This document shows, in pieces, positions 10,772-35,065 of a stretch of DNA of 64,000 nucleotides (positions are counted from its first letter, which is position 1; every line of letters starts with the position of its first letter). The translations under genes were made by a program, and so were the position numbers. The notes below the pieces were generated by a model. The model was not told the origin of the DNA and did not search any database. It saw only the letters and a list, made by a program, of their open reading frames with translations. This stretch comes from Flaccisagitta enflata (Eukaryota). Where the stretch lies: contig OZ231126.1 in NCBI GenBank assembly GCA_965153355.1, positions 6,448,001 to 6,512,000 of the forward strand, in the 5' to 3' direction.

Positions 10772-13285
10772 ATGGGATTGGTGATTCAAAGTAAAGGACA
10801 TGTGCGACTCGTGATAAACAGCACTGGATAAAAGGGATAGGTTATTCACAGCATTGGATGAGCAGAATTGGTGATCCACAGCAGCGGATAAATGAGGATG
10901 TTGATCTGCAGCATTGGATGAGGGAGTTTGGTGTTCCAGAGCATTGAATGAGCAGAATTGGTGATCCACAACAGCGGATTAATGTGATTGAGGATCCGAT
11001 TCATTGGATGCGTGGGACTTGTGATCTTTAAAAGCAGTGGGTGTGTGGATTTGGTAACCTTTGGCATTGGATAAATGAGATTGATGATCATTGGGTGTGT
11101 CGTTTTGGTGATCCACAGTATTGGACAAGTGGGATATTTGATCCACAGAATTGGATAAATGAGATAGATGATCTATAGCCTTGGCTGTGTGGGTTAAGCG
11201 ATCTAAAGAATTGGAGAATCTGGTTCGGCAATTCACAGCATAAGAGGATCAGGCTTGCGCTTGGTGATCTACAGCATTGGATTATTTAGTAGGATTATCT
11301 GTATCATTGGCTGTGTGTGTTTGGTGATCCACAACAGAAAAGAAATGGGCTTGGTGACCCACAGCATTGCAAATATGAGAATGATGATTTTTTGACGTGG
11401 ATGAATGGCTGTGGTGATCCCATCATTAGGGAAATGGGCTTGGTGATCCACAGCATTGCATATATGAGAATGATGATTCTTAGTTTTGGATGAATGGCAG
11501 TGATGATTCTATCATTAGGGAAATGGGCTTGGTGATCCACAGCATTGCATATATGAGATTGATGATTTTTTGCCTTGGATGAATGGAAGTGATGATTCTA
11601 TCCTTAGGGAAATGGGCTTGGTGATCCACAGCATTGCATATATGAGATTGATGATTTTTTGCCTTAAATGAATGGAAGTGATGATGCCATCATTAGGGAA
11701 ATGTGCTTGGTGATCCACAACATTGCATATATGAGAATGATGGTTTTTAGCCTTGGATGAATGGCAGTGGTGATCCCATTATTAGTGAGATGGGCTTGAT
11801 GATCCACAGCATTGCATATATGAGAATGATGATTTTTAGCCTTGAATGAATGGCAGTGGTGATCCGCAGCATTAGGGAATTGGGCTTGGTGATCCACAGC
11901 ATTGCAAACATGAGATTGATGATTTTTTGCCTTAGATGAATGGAAGTGATGATGCCATCATTAGGGAAATGGGCTTGGTGATCCACAACATTGCATATAT
12001 GAGAATGATGGTTTGTAGCCTTGGATGAATGGCAGTGGTGATCCCATCATTAGGGAAATGGGCTTGATGATCCACAGCATTGCATATATGAGAATGATGA
12101 TTTTTAGCCTTGAATGAATGACAGTGGTGATTCCATCATCAGGGAAATGGGCTTGGTGATCCACAGCATTGCATATATGAGAATGATGATTTTTAGCCTT
12201 GAATGAATGGCAGTGGTGATCCGCAGCATTAGGGAAATGGGCTTGGTGATCCACAGCATTGCATATATGAGAATGATGATTTTTAGCCTTGGATAGATGG
12301 AAGTGGTGATCCACAGCATTGAAGGAATGGGCTTGGTGATCCACAGCATTGTATAAATGAGAGAGATGATCTTTAGCCCTAGATGAATGGAAGTGGTCAT
12401 CTGCAGCATTGGAGGAATGGGTTTGATGATCCACAGCATCGGATAACTGGGATTGATGATCTGTAGCCTTGGACAAATGGCAGTGGTGATCTGCAACATT
12501 AGACAAGTAGGATTTGTGATCCAAATCATTGGGTAAATGAGATTGATGATCTACATCTGAATGGCAGTGATGATCTGCAGCATTGGAGAAGTGGGTTTGG
12601 TGATCCACAGCATCGGATAAATGAGATTGATGAGCATCAGCCTAGAATGAATGAAGTGATGATCAGCAGTGATGGAGGAATGGGCTTGATGATTTACAGC
12701 TTCAGATAAATAAGATTGATGAATGGAATTGTTTATCTGCAGCATCGGAGAAGTGGACTTGGTGATCAACAGCATTTGATAAATGATATTGATGATCTTT
12801 ACCCTTTGTTGCGTGTGCTTGGTGATCTGCTACATTGGAAATCTGGGTTTGGTGATCCATAGCATTGGATAAATAAGATTGATGATCAGCATCATTGGCT
12901 CTGTGGTTTTGGTGATCTACAGGTATTGGATAAATAAGATTGATGATCTTTAGCCTTGGATGAATGGAAGTGGTGATCTGCTGCATTGGATGAGTGGGCT
13001 TGGTTTATCCACAGCATTGTTGAGGTAGCCTTTGTGATCCACAGCATTGGATAAATGAGAATGATGATCTACATCATTGGCTTTGTGGGATTGGTGATCC
13101 ACAGCGTTAGATAAACAAGATGAGGAATTTACAGCGCTAGATGGGTGGGGTTGGTGGTCTAAAGCATCAGGTGAATGGTTGTAGTGATCTGCAGCACTGG
13201 AGGATTGTATCTGATGATTTAAGCGGGATTGATTATGGGCAGCATTGGGTAAACAGCATCTTTGATTTACAGCATGGGATATGGT
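10772..13285. repeat. 30-bp minisatellite, partly organised as about 90-bp trimers
   Basis: Core tggtgatccacagcattg. The same repeat recurs at about 18000-18350 and 18685-18975. Confidence 0.85.
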
Positions 13286-13500
13286 TGAGAGATTGCAGCC
13301 TGGTAAAAATCTTTTAATTGCTCTATCATTTTTTTCACATGTCTTAACAATGTTACCATCAGGTGATTTGTTGAATTTTTCTAACACAGGTTACAATCAT
13401 TTGCCCTTAACTACTTATGGTAAGCAGTTTGCTTTCGGGTTAGATTGAGAAAGAAAGTTTTTCAGATGTTGCTTTATGGAATATAAGGAGTGGTGCGCAT

Positions 13501-15075
13501 TAGGGCCAACGGTTTTTGCATCAAATCAATTGAACACCCCAGCCTGCAGCTTTTTTAAACAGACTATGTCTATACTGTTGAAAACTACTCGCTATATGAC
13601 TTTTCTCCGTGATTTAGAGGTGCCAGATTTGATATTTTGATCATAACTTAATGGTGGTTGTGGTAAAAATGTCAAATTTAGCATCTCACTTTTTCTGTCG
13701 TAAATTTTTAGCTAAATTTGGCCCCATTTCCGAGGTCAAATACTTTTCCTTTCTGGCATGTAATTTGTGACAGGAATGTAGAAAATGTTTCAGCATTGAT
13801 TTGCGCAAATATACATACTTTTCTTAAGGCTAGGAAAGCTTAATTTTTAATGACTGTTAAAGTTTGAGTCTTGTAACTGGGTACCACTTCTTTGTTATTG
13901 TCGTTTCCAAGAATTTACGACAGTTTTTCTCTGATGGGTCATTTTGGCCGCCAAATTAAAACTGGAGCTCAAGATCTCACTAGTGGTGCAATCCGCATGT
14001 TTCTATCATTTTTTGTTTAGATTTGAGAGCATTTCAAAGATGAAAGGGTTTGAAAGGAAAATTGTGGCTTCAATTTCAGTGGCAATTTTGACATTTTCCA
14101 CAAATTTCAATATGGACATTCGATGGTACCAGATTAAAGAGTTTTCCCTGTTCTAGCTGATGGTAATTGATATTCCCAAATTTTTTAGACTGTGAGCTGC
14201 AAAGTCGATTTTTTGCAAATTGGTCAATTTTGGATGAAAAATTAGGCCACTTCAATTTATTTTAAATCCATGAGCAAAACTAAGGTGTTAACAGCGTAAT
14301 ATGTTTGCATTTAGATTTTATAGAACTTCATAGATCAAAATAACAATTTTTGGGTATTTCAATCTTTGAAGTTCTATAAAATCTAAATGCAAAAACATAT
14401 TGACACGCCGATTGCACCACAGGTTAGCTCCTGAGCAGTACTTCATTTTGCTCATGGATTTTAAGTCTTTTTATGAATTGGAAGTGCCCTAATTTTTTTA
14501 CAAAAATTGACCAATTTGCAAAAAAATTGATTTTTTTTGCACCTGCTTCTACAGTCTCTAAAATTTTTTTGGGAAAATATCGATCAAAAACTTTTTTAAC
14601 ATCAGCTAGAACAGGAAAAACTCTTCAATTTGATCACCAATTTTATGCAGATTGGTCCATCCAAAGCCGTGAAGTATTGAAATTTGTGAAAAATGTCAAA
14701 ATTGCCACTGAAATTGAAGCTGCCATTTTCCCTTCAAACCCTTTCATCTTTGAAATGCTCTCAAATCTAAACGAAAAATGATAGAAACATGCGGATTGCA
14801 CCACTAGTGAGATCTTGAGCTTTAGTTTTATAATCTCATGGATTTTAGGTTTGATTTCTAAGGCTAAGTGGCCCAATTTGGCGGCCAAAATGACCTAAAT
14901 TTGACATTTTTACCACAACCACCATCAAGTTATGATCAAAATATCAAATCTGGCACCTCTAAATCACGGAGAAAAGTCATATAGCGAGTAGTTTTCAACA
15001 GTATAGACATAGTCTGTTTAAAAAAGCTGCAGGCTGGGGTGTTTAATTGATTTGATGCAAAAACCGTTGGCCCTG
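13501..15075. mobile_element. hAT-like non-autonomous foldback element, 1575 bp
   Basis: TAGGGCCAACGG...CCGTTGGCCCTG termini, long palindromic arms, perfect 8-bp TSD GTGCGCAT (13493-13500 and 15076-15083). Confidence 0.9.
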
Positions 15076-15227
15076 GTGCGCATATTAACTAGTCAGTGAG
15101 TGTTCACAAGGCGCTCTTCCATTTATCCAAGTTTGGCTATAGTTAGGTTTATTGTTCCACTTGTCATGAAACGAAAATGTAATTTCTTCATTAGATCATT
15201 CATGATCATTGTAATCACTGGACTGGT

Positions 15228-15975
15228 TTAGAAAATATCCTTGATGTGTGGTGAGGCGCTATTTATGATTTTGATTTTCGTGATTGCCAAGAGAGTTTTC
15301 TTGGTGCTGGTACAAAAGTTTTCAGACATAAGTAGAGATAAACTAATATCTGGACGTCTCACAATTTGAGATGACGCCGTCTCAGTAGAGTAGACAGAGA
15401 TCTGTGAAATATTCCATGCCTCATCGTCTTTCGAAGACTTTGCACTTGCACGTTTTTTGTCATAGAACAGTAGGATGTTATCAAAACCAGTTTCACCTTC
15501 AACAAACTCTGCAATTGTGTTAATGGAATCACAGGAATGAAACTTCTGGTTGATGACGCCTCCTGGCACCTCAATCTCAACCTGGATCTCCCATTTTTCT
15601 TTGACATGTGACCAGTGACCAGTGTGCCCAATCCGAGAGAGCTAATGCATTCTTTGGTGTCTAAAATAGTTCCTATCTTAGTGCCAGTGCCATCATACTC
15701 CCCTTCATAAGTGACAAACAATGACAAATCCTTGTTCACTGGCAGTTTCTGTTAGATTTTATTTTTCAGGGAGTGAGCTTAATCAGGAGCATAGAAATTT
15801 GTTTCGCTCTCAGAGTCTCAGTACCATTTGCAAGGAAAGCCTTCACTCTCAGTATTGGGTCTTGTAACAGTTCCTTCTTTCACTGCCTTTGAGCAAACTT
15901 CATCTTCAGACTTAAGAAATGCATTTACAAACCGCATCAAATCTGGATAAGGATGAGGTTGGAAATGTACCTGTA
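15228..15975 (-). pseudogene. Frameshifted paralogous fragment of the Roco gene 3' end (post-KEN linker plus Ubl-like domains)
   Basis: VHFQP(H)PY, KAFLANGTE, LFVTYEG...KECISSLGLGTLVT and INQKFHSCDSINTIAEFVE match VHFQPYP, KAFLEDGTE, LLVTYEG...KSCISSLGCDTLVT and INQKFQSCDTIDTIAKFVE at 19750-19250. The matches are spread over different frames. Confidence 0.85.
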
Positions 15976-16036
15976 CCAAGTTTTATGGTAAATATGATGC
16001 AAATGGAAGTATGGACATTTCACCATGTTCAGTCCT

Positions 16037-17146
16037 CACGCATCCCAGGAACAAACCCTTGGTGGAAAAAAAAGGCCAAGTGTTATGAACCCCCTGAACA
16101 TGTTTTACATTGTATTTGGTACAATAAGAGGTAAGAATTAAAAAAATTGGCTTGGTAATATAGCATTTATAGCTTTATATTAGCAAAATTAATGCCTTTT
16201 GAAGCATTTTTAGTCGCGTGCTACGCGACTCTATAAGTCACTTTTCGGTCGGTCCGTCGGTTGGTTGGTTGGTTGGTCCGTCACAAAACTGTTTAAAAGG
16301 CTTTTTAAAGCGTTTTTCATGTTTCTGAATGGTAGAGAAGGAACTTTGAGGAGTAAACAGCCATTTCAAATGTCTTTTTGAAAGTAAATGTTTGTCTATC
16401 TGTCTGCCTGCCTTTTTTTGAAAGTGCCGATGCACGCGACTTAGGTCTAATGACCTTGTTTATGCTGAAAAAGGAAGTCACATCTTCCAAAACTTAAAAA
16501 AACTACTGAGCAGGGTGGCAATCATTGCTGTAAACAAACTTTTTCCCTATCGAGCTAGTTTGGAGGGATACCAACCCATTTAGCACAAAAAAATACTAAA
16601 AAACAGCCAAAAAAGGATTTTCTAAGCAAGAAATTACAACAATTTTCTTCAAAAATTCAGAAAAATATCAAAAATTTTTTATAACACTATAAATTCCCAT
16701 ATTTGAGTCTCTGACAACTTGATAGAAGAAATAGATTTTGAATCAGGGCTTAAAAATAGCTTAATTACACTTTAAAAAATGTATGGATGAAGGAATGAAT
16801 GTATGAATGAATGGATTTGTTGTGTTTTTTTTGCAGTTTTTTTTTGCTTCAATTTGTACAAGATGCCTCTGAACTAGTTAAAAGGAGTTAGAATATTATT
16901 ACAGCAGCTATTGCCACACTGTTTAACTATTTTTTCCAACTTTTTAAAAGAAAAACTATAATCTTTAGCATAAAAAGTACTTAAAAATGCTCTATTTTTG
17001 CTATTATTAAGCTACAAATGCTATATTTCCAAGACAATTTTTTTTATTTTTGATTTTAATTGTACCTAATACAGTGTACAACTTGCCTAGGGGGTTCACA
17101 ATGCTTGGCCTTTTTTTCCACCAAGGGTTTGTTCCTGGGATGCGTG
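16037..17146. mobile_element. Foldback MITE with CAC...GTG ends and 4-bp TSD (Chapaev-like)
   Basis: TIR cacgcatcccaggaacaaacccttggtgg, TSD TCCT, nested HINE-like element at about 16207-16460. Confidence 0.8.
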
Positions 17147-17434
17147 TCCTTGTGCGGTGCTCAGTCAACCTGCTCTTTCATTTTCAAATTAAAGCAGGTA
17201 GGGCTGTGTATAGAGGGTAAACAATTTGATAAAAGGTGACATGGTTATTCACCATCCTTATCAATCATCAAGTCTCGTATGCATGTGCTGAAACATGACT
17301 TTCAATCGTCAAAGTTTTGGTAATCATGCCCAACTTGAGTGCTTCAAGGAGCAGCAAATTTCCATTCACTTTTTATGCTCAACTTGAAAATGCCATTGAT
17401 ATGTAGATTTTCTTTTTGAGTCCTTGATCGCTAT

Positions 17435-17782
17435 GGCCAATAGATTGGGCACAATTTGGGCATGAGAATGAAACATTATTTCCAAGCACTTTTCTTGTTC
17501 CTTTTGCATGTTAAGGGCCGTGTCTCTTTGGAAAATCAATTTGGACTTGATCTTGGCACTCCATCATCAATGCTGTAGTTGTATAGAATTGCTATGGAAG
17601 AAATTTCTCTCATAACTCCAGCAATCAATTCTATACAACTACAGCACTAATGACGGAGTACCTAGATCAAGTCCAAATCAATTTTCCAGAGAGATTAGGC
17701 TCTTAATATGCAAATGGAACATGAAAAGTGCTTGGAAATAATGTTTCATTCGAATGCCCAAATTGAGCCCACTCTAATGGCC
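17435..17782. mobile_element. Palindromic MITE-like element
   Basis: Imperfect inverted arms of about 160 bp with GGCC ends; TSD unclear. Confidence 0.65.
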
Positions 17783-19052
17783 AATTTTAACAACAATCAC
17801 CTCCCTCATGGAATCATGAACCATAAATGGGACATATTGTTTGTTCAATTTTTGGTAAGGCAACCATGTACATCTTTCGGTCATAAGATATGTTCTGTGG
17901 TCATAACGTAAAGAGTAATGGAGTCTCACACCAAGTATTTTTAATGCAAGCACCAGTTTTTTCCACTTCTTTGGTTGTATTACTATTTGAGATAAATCAC
18001 CCACAGTACGATGGTCGACAGTATTGGACAAAATTGGTGATTCACTGCATCAGATGAACGAGATTTTTTATTCACAATGTTGGATAAGTGGGATTGGTGA
18101 TATCCTGTATGGGGTAAGTAAGATCGGAGATTCACAGCATTGTTAATGCAAGATTTGTGATATTGATTGTTTGTGGGGTCGATAATAAACAGCTTCAGTT
18201 GCGTGGGTTTGATGATCCACAGGATTTGATAGGTGGTATTAGTGATCAAAATTACTGTATAAGTGGAGTTGGTGATCCACAGCATTATTCAAGTGGGTTT
18301 CATGATCCACAGCATAGGATAAGAGAGATTGTTTATCCAGAGCATTAGATAAGCATGATAAATTTCTCCTTCCATTTCCTGTTGTGTCTGATTTTACTCA
18401 TCAAAGTAAACATTGGTCATAGAACAATAGGCAAATGGTTCTTTCCACAATCAGAATCAATTGTTGAAGGGGAAGTCTTTTTTGTTTGTTTACAAGGATA
18501 GTCATTGAAATCTTTTTATGTTGGCTTATTCCTGTAGGGGCGTTAGCTGACGCCCCTGACGCCCCTGACACCCCTCCTCCTATGCCGCTGGTAATACCCT
18601 CAATATAGGCTATTGGAGTGGATTGCATTTTGACAGTTGTAGAAATGGGTATGTAAATGTAATGATCACTACAAGATATGTTAGAGTGATGATCCATATC
18701 ATTGGATGAGTGGCATTGGTGAAACTTAGTATTGTATGACTGGGATTGATGATCCACAGCACGGAACAAGTGGGATTAGTAAGCTGCAGCATTGGACAAG
18801 AGGAATTGGTGATTCATAGCATGGAATGATTAGGATTGGTGATTTACAGCATGGGATAAGTAGGATTGTTGATTTACAGTATGGATAAAGGGGGATTAGT
18901 TATCCACAGAATTGGATGAGGGGATTGGTGATCGAATAGAATGAAAATGTGGTATTAATGATTCATAGCATGGAACACATTATCTTGCCAATCACGTTGC
19001 AATGATACTTTTAATCTGTTTTCATAAGCCAGATTTCTAATTTGTCTGCTCT

Positions 19053-31061
<12,009 letters not shown>

Positions 31062-34000
31062 AAATTCGTCGTCGATGAAAAGCGTGTCAAGCGTGTCGTC
31101 GCGGATGAAAGGGAGAAAAGCTGATGCTTCATTGAATACGACTCTTTTTATTCCGCTGCCGTCGTCATCTCCTCCTCCTCCTCCTCCTCCTCCTCCTCCT
31201 CCTCCTTCCTCTCCTCGAGTTATAGTGAAGCTACTCCCGCGAGTTCCGCTCGCTGTGATTCGACTGCCCCAATTTCATAGTGTAATCATGGGTCATGATT
31301 TCATCTACTATTTCCACATATGGAATCACCTCCAAGATTCCACTAGACTAGTGGAGGATGGAGGAGGGAGGAGTTGAAGGAGGAACTCCTCCATGTAATC
31401 ATGCACTCATTAAGGGCATAAAATCATGAAGGAGGAATCATTTTTTTAAACTTTGCCATCCTAACAAAATAAGTCATTAATTATTCATCAATTTACAAGA
31501 AGTAAGTAACCAATATGTATAAAAAGAATTTTTATTCTTTACCCATGATGATTTTTTTATTGTCAATTTCTGTTGCATGCCTTGTTGATAATTACTGTGG
31601 AAGTCAAGAAGAATCAATATTTTTCCTCAAAAGATACCAAACATGCTCATTTATTTATTAAGTAATAGTGAACTGTTTCTATCTTATTAGTACTTTTATT
31701 TTCTGAATGCAATACGCTATACAAAAACTTGCTTGTGGAAGTTTTATTTGCAAAATCGCTAAATGCAAGTAAGTAAATACTATCCAAAAAAAGATTTTTT
31801 CACAAAAATTCTTTTAGGCATTATATTACTCTTTTAGTAAATAAGTTTTCTTTTATCAATTTCATGGATGCGTTATAACAGTTTTTGAATCAATATGTTT
31901 GTTGGTGGAGTGAGGTGTTTTGTTTTAGATCATCTTCCTCACCCATCAAAATGCAAACTACTCCAAGAGCCTATATTGAGGGTCTTACCCATTACATTTG
32001 ATTTTGATTGTTCAAAGAACTATTTGCCTATTGTTCTTTTATCAATGTTTGTTTTGGTGAGTAAAATCAGGCAAAACACAAAATGGAAGAAAAAGTTGGC
32101 CATGATTGCATGATTGCCATGATTGTGTGAAATCATAAAAATGAAATCATCTCCTTATGGTTAAGGCACTACCAACTGACGATGTCTCGTCACCCTAATT
32201 TTTTGTTATTCCTCATGGTACCGAAAATAAAAACAGTCCTAACACCACCACCACCACCACCACCACCACCACCACCACCACCACCACCACCACCACCACC
32301 ACCACCACCACGTCCACCATCAAAGTGGTTTGTTACTATAACTTTTCTTGCAATGTTGGATTGTACCATTTTCATAGTTTTCCTAAAACGTTAGCCAACG
32401 TTAGCTACGACGCAAAAAAAAAAAAGATGCACCTTTTTGGGCAGCGGCCCCAAAGGGCCGATGTCCTGTAGGACACAGGGGTGAACCATTACGTACGTCT
32501 GTCCGTACGTACGTACGTCCCCCCCCCCGAGGCCCCTCTCAGGCCCCAAATTAGCCCTCTCAAGCCCAAAATCAGCCCACTCAGGCAAAAAATCAGTCCT
32601 CTGAGGCCCGAAATTAGCTCCCCCCCCCTGAGGCCCCTCTCAGGCCCCAAATTAGCCCTCTCAAGCCCAAAATCAGCCCACTCAGGCCAAAAATCAGTCC
32701 TCTGAGGCCCAAAATTAGCTCCCCCTTGGCCCCTCTCAGGCCCCAAATTAGCCCTCTCAAGCCCAAAATCAGCTCACTCAGGCCAAAAATCAGTTGTTTG
32801 AGGCCTAAAATCAGCTCTTCAAGGCCCTTAATCAGCCTTGTCAGGACAGACGTACGTAATGGTTCACCCCTGTGTCCTACAGGACATCGGCCCTTTGGGG
32901 CCGCTGCCCTGCTCTCACACCACTTCTTCAGCTATCACTCCAAGCAGGGCATCGGGTACCGCTGACCATGTGCAATCCTTGGATGACTTGTTATTTGCTA
33001 ATAAAACTGAATTAAAAAGTTTTTAAAAAATGAATTTAAGAAAAGGATTTTGAAGATTTCAAATTATATTTCATTCTAGACCAATCCCAGATCTGTAACT
33101 CTAACGGTTTAGGAGCTAGAGCTCTCAAAAGTGAGACACCACTTTGCTGAATTGTATCTTTTTCAAAGGGACTGAAAAAACAAATTTGAAAATATTTTTA
33201 TGCAAACTAATGCCATTTCCAAATGAAAAAAGATAGAGCTCAAGAGATACCAGATTGGCGCCAAATGAAAGAGGTTTTCAAGGGCTTCAAAATGGTCTAA
33301 GATTTTTTTCTTTAGTTTGTATAGTACTCGCAAAATTCTTACGTTTCGTTTTATAAATGGAAAAAGATGATTCTTCATCATGCAAATTTACCAACTTTCT
33401 CGACAGAGAAAAGACAGCGAACAGAAACCTAAACATCTTTTTCTTGTCTCCAGTCAATTGATGCTTTTGTTTTTTGTCACGTAACCTTGGTTATGCCATT
33501 CAGAAAACCGGGTGGGTTCTTGTAATCTCGACAGTTGATATTCAAAGACATTTTTTTAGCCATGTTTGTTTTTTAGACTGTCTATGTAAGACGACATCTA
33601 ATTTTTTATGTCAAAATTAAACACCCATAGCAGATCCTTACTTTTTCCCATCAACTTCTCAAACTTTCATTTGTCTAAGTCCCCTCCACCGAGGCACAAA
33701 TCACTCTTTTCAGGTCTGGCCTCAAATGCGGCCTCTAAGACACCAAATCTGGCATCTAAGACCTCAAATCAGGCCCATTGGTCATCAAACGGAAAACGGA
33801 AGCTGGAGAATTGTAGTGTCATTGGCCCTTCCGGGCCCGCTGTTCCTCTCACCATCTCATCCTTCCATACACCAACATAGGGGCATCGGGTACCGCTGAC
33901 CATGCAACTTTTTTTTCTTCCTCCTCTTCTCCTTCCTCTGCCGAGACCTACCGAGATTCTCTTAGGCCTGCCAACAAGCGGCGCTGCCCGCTGCCCCAGA

Positions 34001-34163
34001 ATCAAGAGGCCTGCAGCTGACATGGCGAGTCAGGTTGTCAAAGACAAAGGATCTTTCTCTTTCTTCTTTTTTTTTTCTAGCCAGTAACATTTGTCTAGGT
34101 AACATCCAAAAACTTTAATCCTGAATTTCACTTTTTAGCGAAATCCTCCTGTTTTGAAAGCTG

Positions 34164-34255
<92 letters not shown>

Positions 34256-34604
34256 TCTATAGAGAGAGAGACCAACAGACAGAAGATCATTCACATTAAC
34301 TTTGTTTTTCTTTCCTCAACTTTCGCGAAGTCGTGAACCTCTTCCATCCGTGAAGTCACTAAAGGAGAAAGATTTCAACACCGCACTCTGCAATTCACTT
34401 TAATTTGCCTCTTCTGGATTTTTTCTATTTCTAGATTTTTTTTTTTTTGCATTCAAAATTTAAAATAATCTAAAGACTTAAAATGATATAAAATGTTAAA
34501 AAATGACAAAATAGCAAAATTGATTAAATTGACAAAAATAACTTAAAATGCTTTAAAATAACTTTGGACTTAAAATGACCTAGAATGACTAAATGAATAA
34601 AATA

Positions 34605-35065
34605 AAAAAATGACAAAAATGACTGAAATGACTAAAATGATAAAAATGACAAAAATAATAAAAATGATAAAAATGATTAAAATGACAAAAATGATTAAAA
34701 TGACCAAAATAATAAGAATGATGAGAATAATAAAAATGACTAAAATGATTAAAATTACCAAAATGATCGAAATGACTGAAATGACTGAAATGACAAAAAT
34801 GACAAAAATGACAAAAATGACAAAAATGACAAAAATGACAAAAATGACAAAAATGACAAAAATGACAAAAATGACAAAAATGACAAAAATGACAAAAATG
34901 ACAAAAATGACAAAAATGACAAAAATGACAAAAATGACAAAAATGACAAAAATGACAAAAATGAACAAAAATGACAAAATGACAAAAATGACAAAAATGA
35001 CAAAAATGACAAAATGACAAAATGACAAAAATAAAATGACAAAAACAAAATGACAAATGACAAAA
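34605..35065. repeat. (AAAATGACA)n 9-bp repeat
   Basis: Direct inspection. Confidence 0.9.

Noticed and set aside
13944-14888. Short ORFs repeated at 63113-63528
   Set aside because: They lie within a palindromic non-autonomous element and show no transposase motifs.
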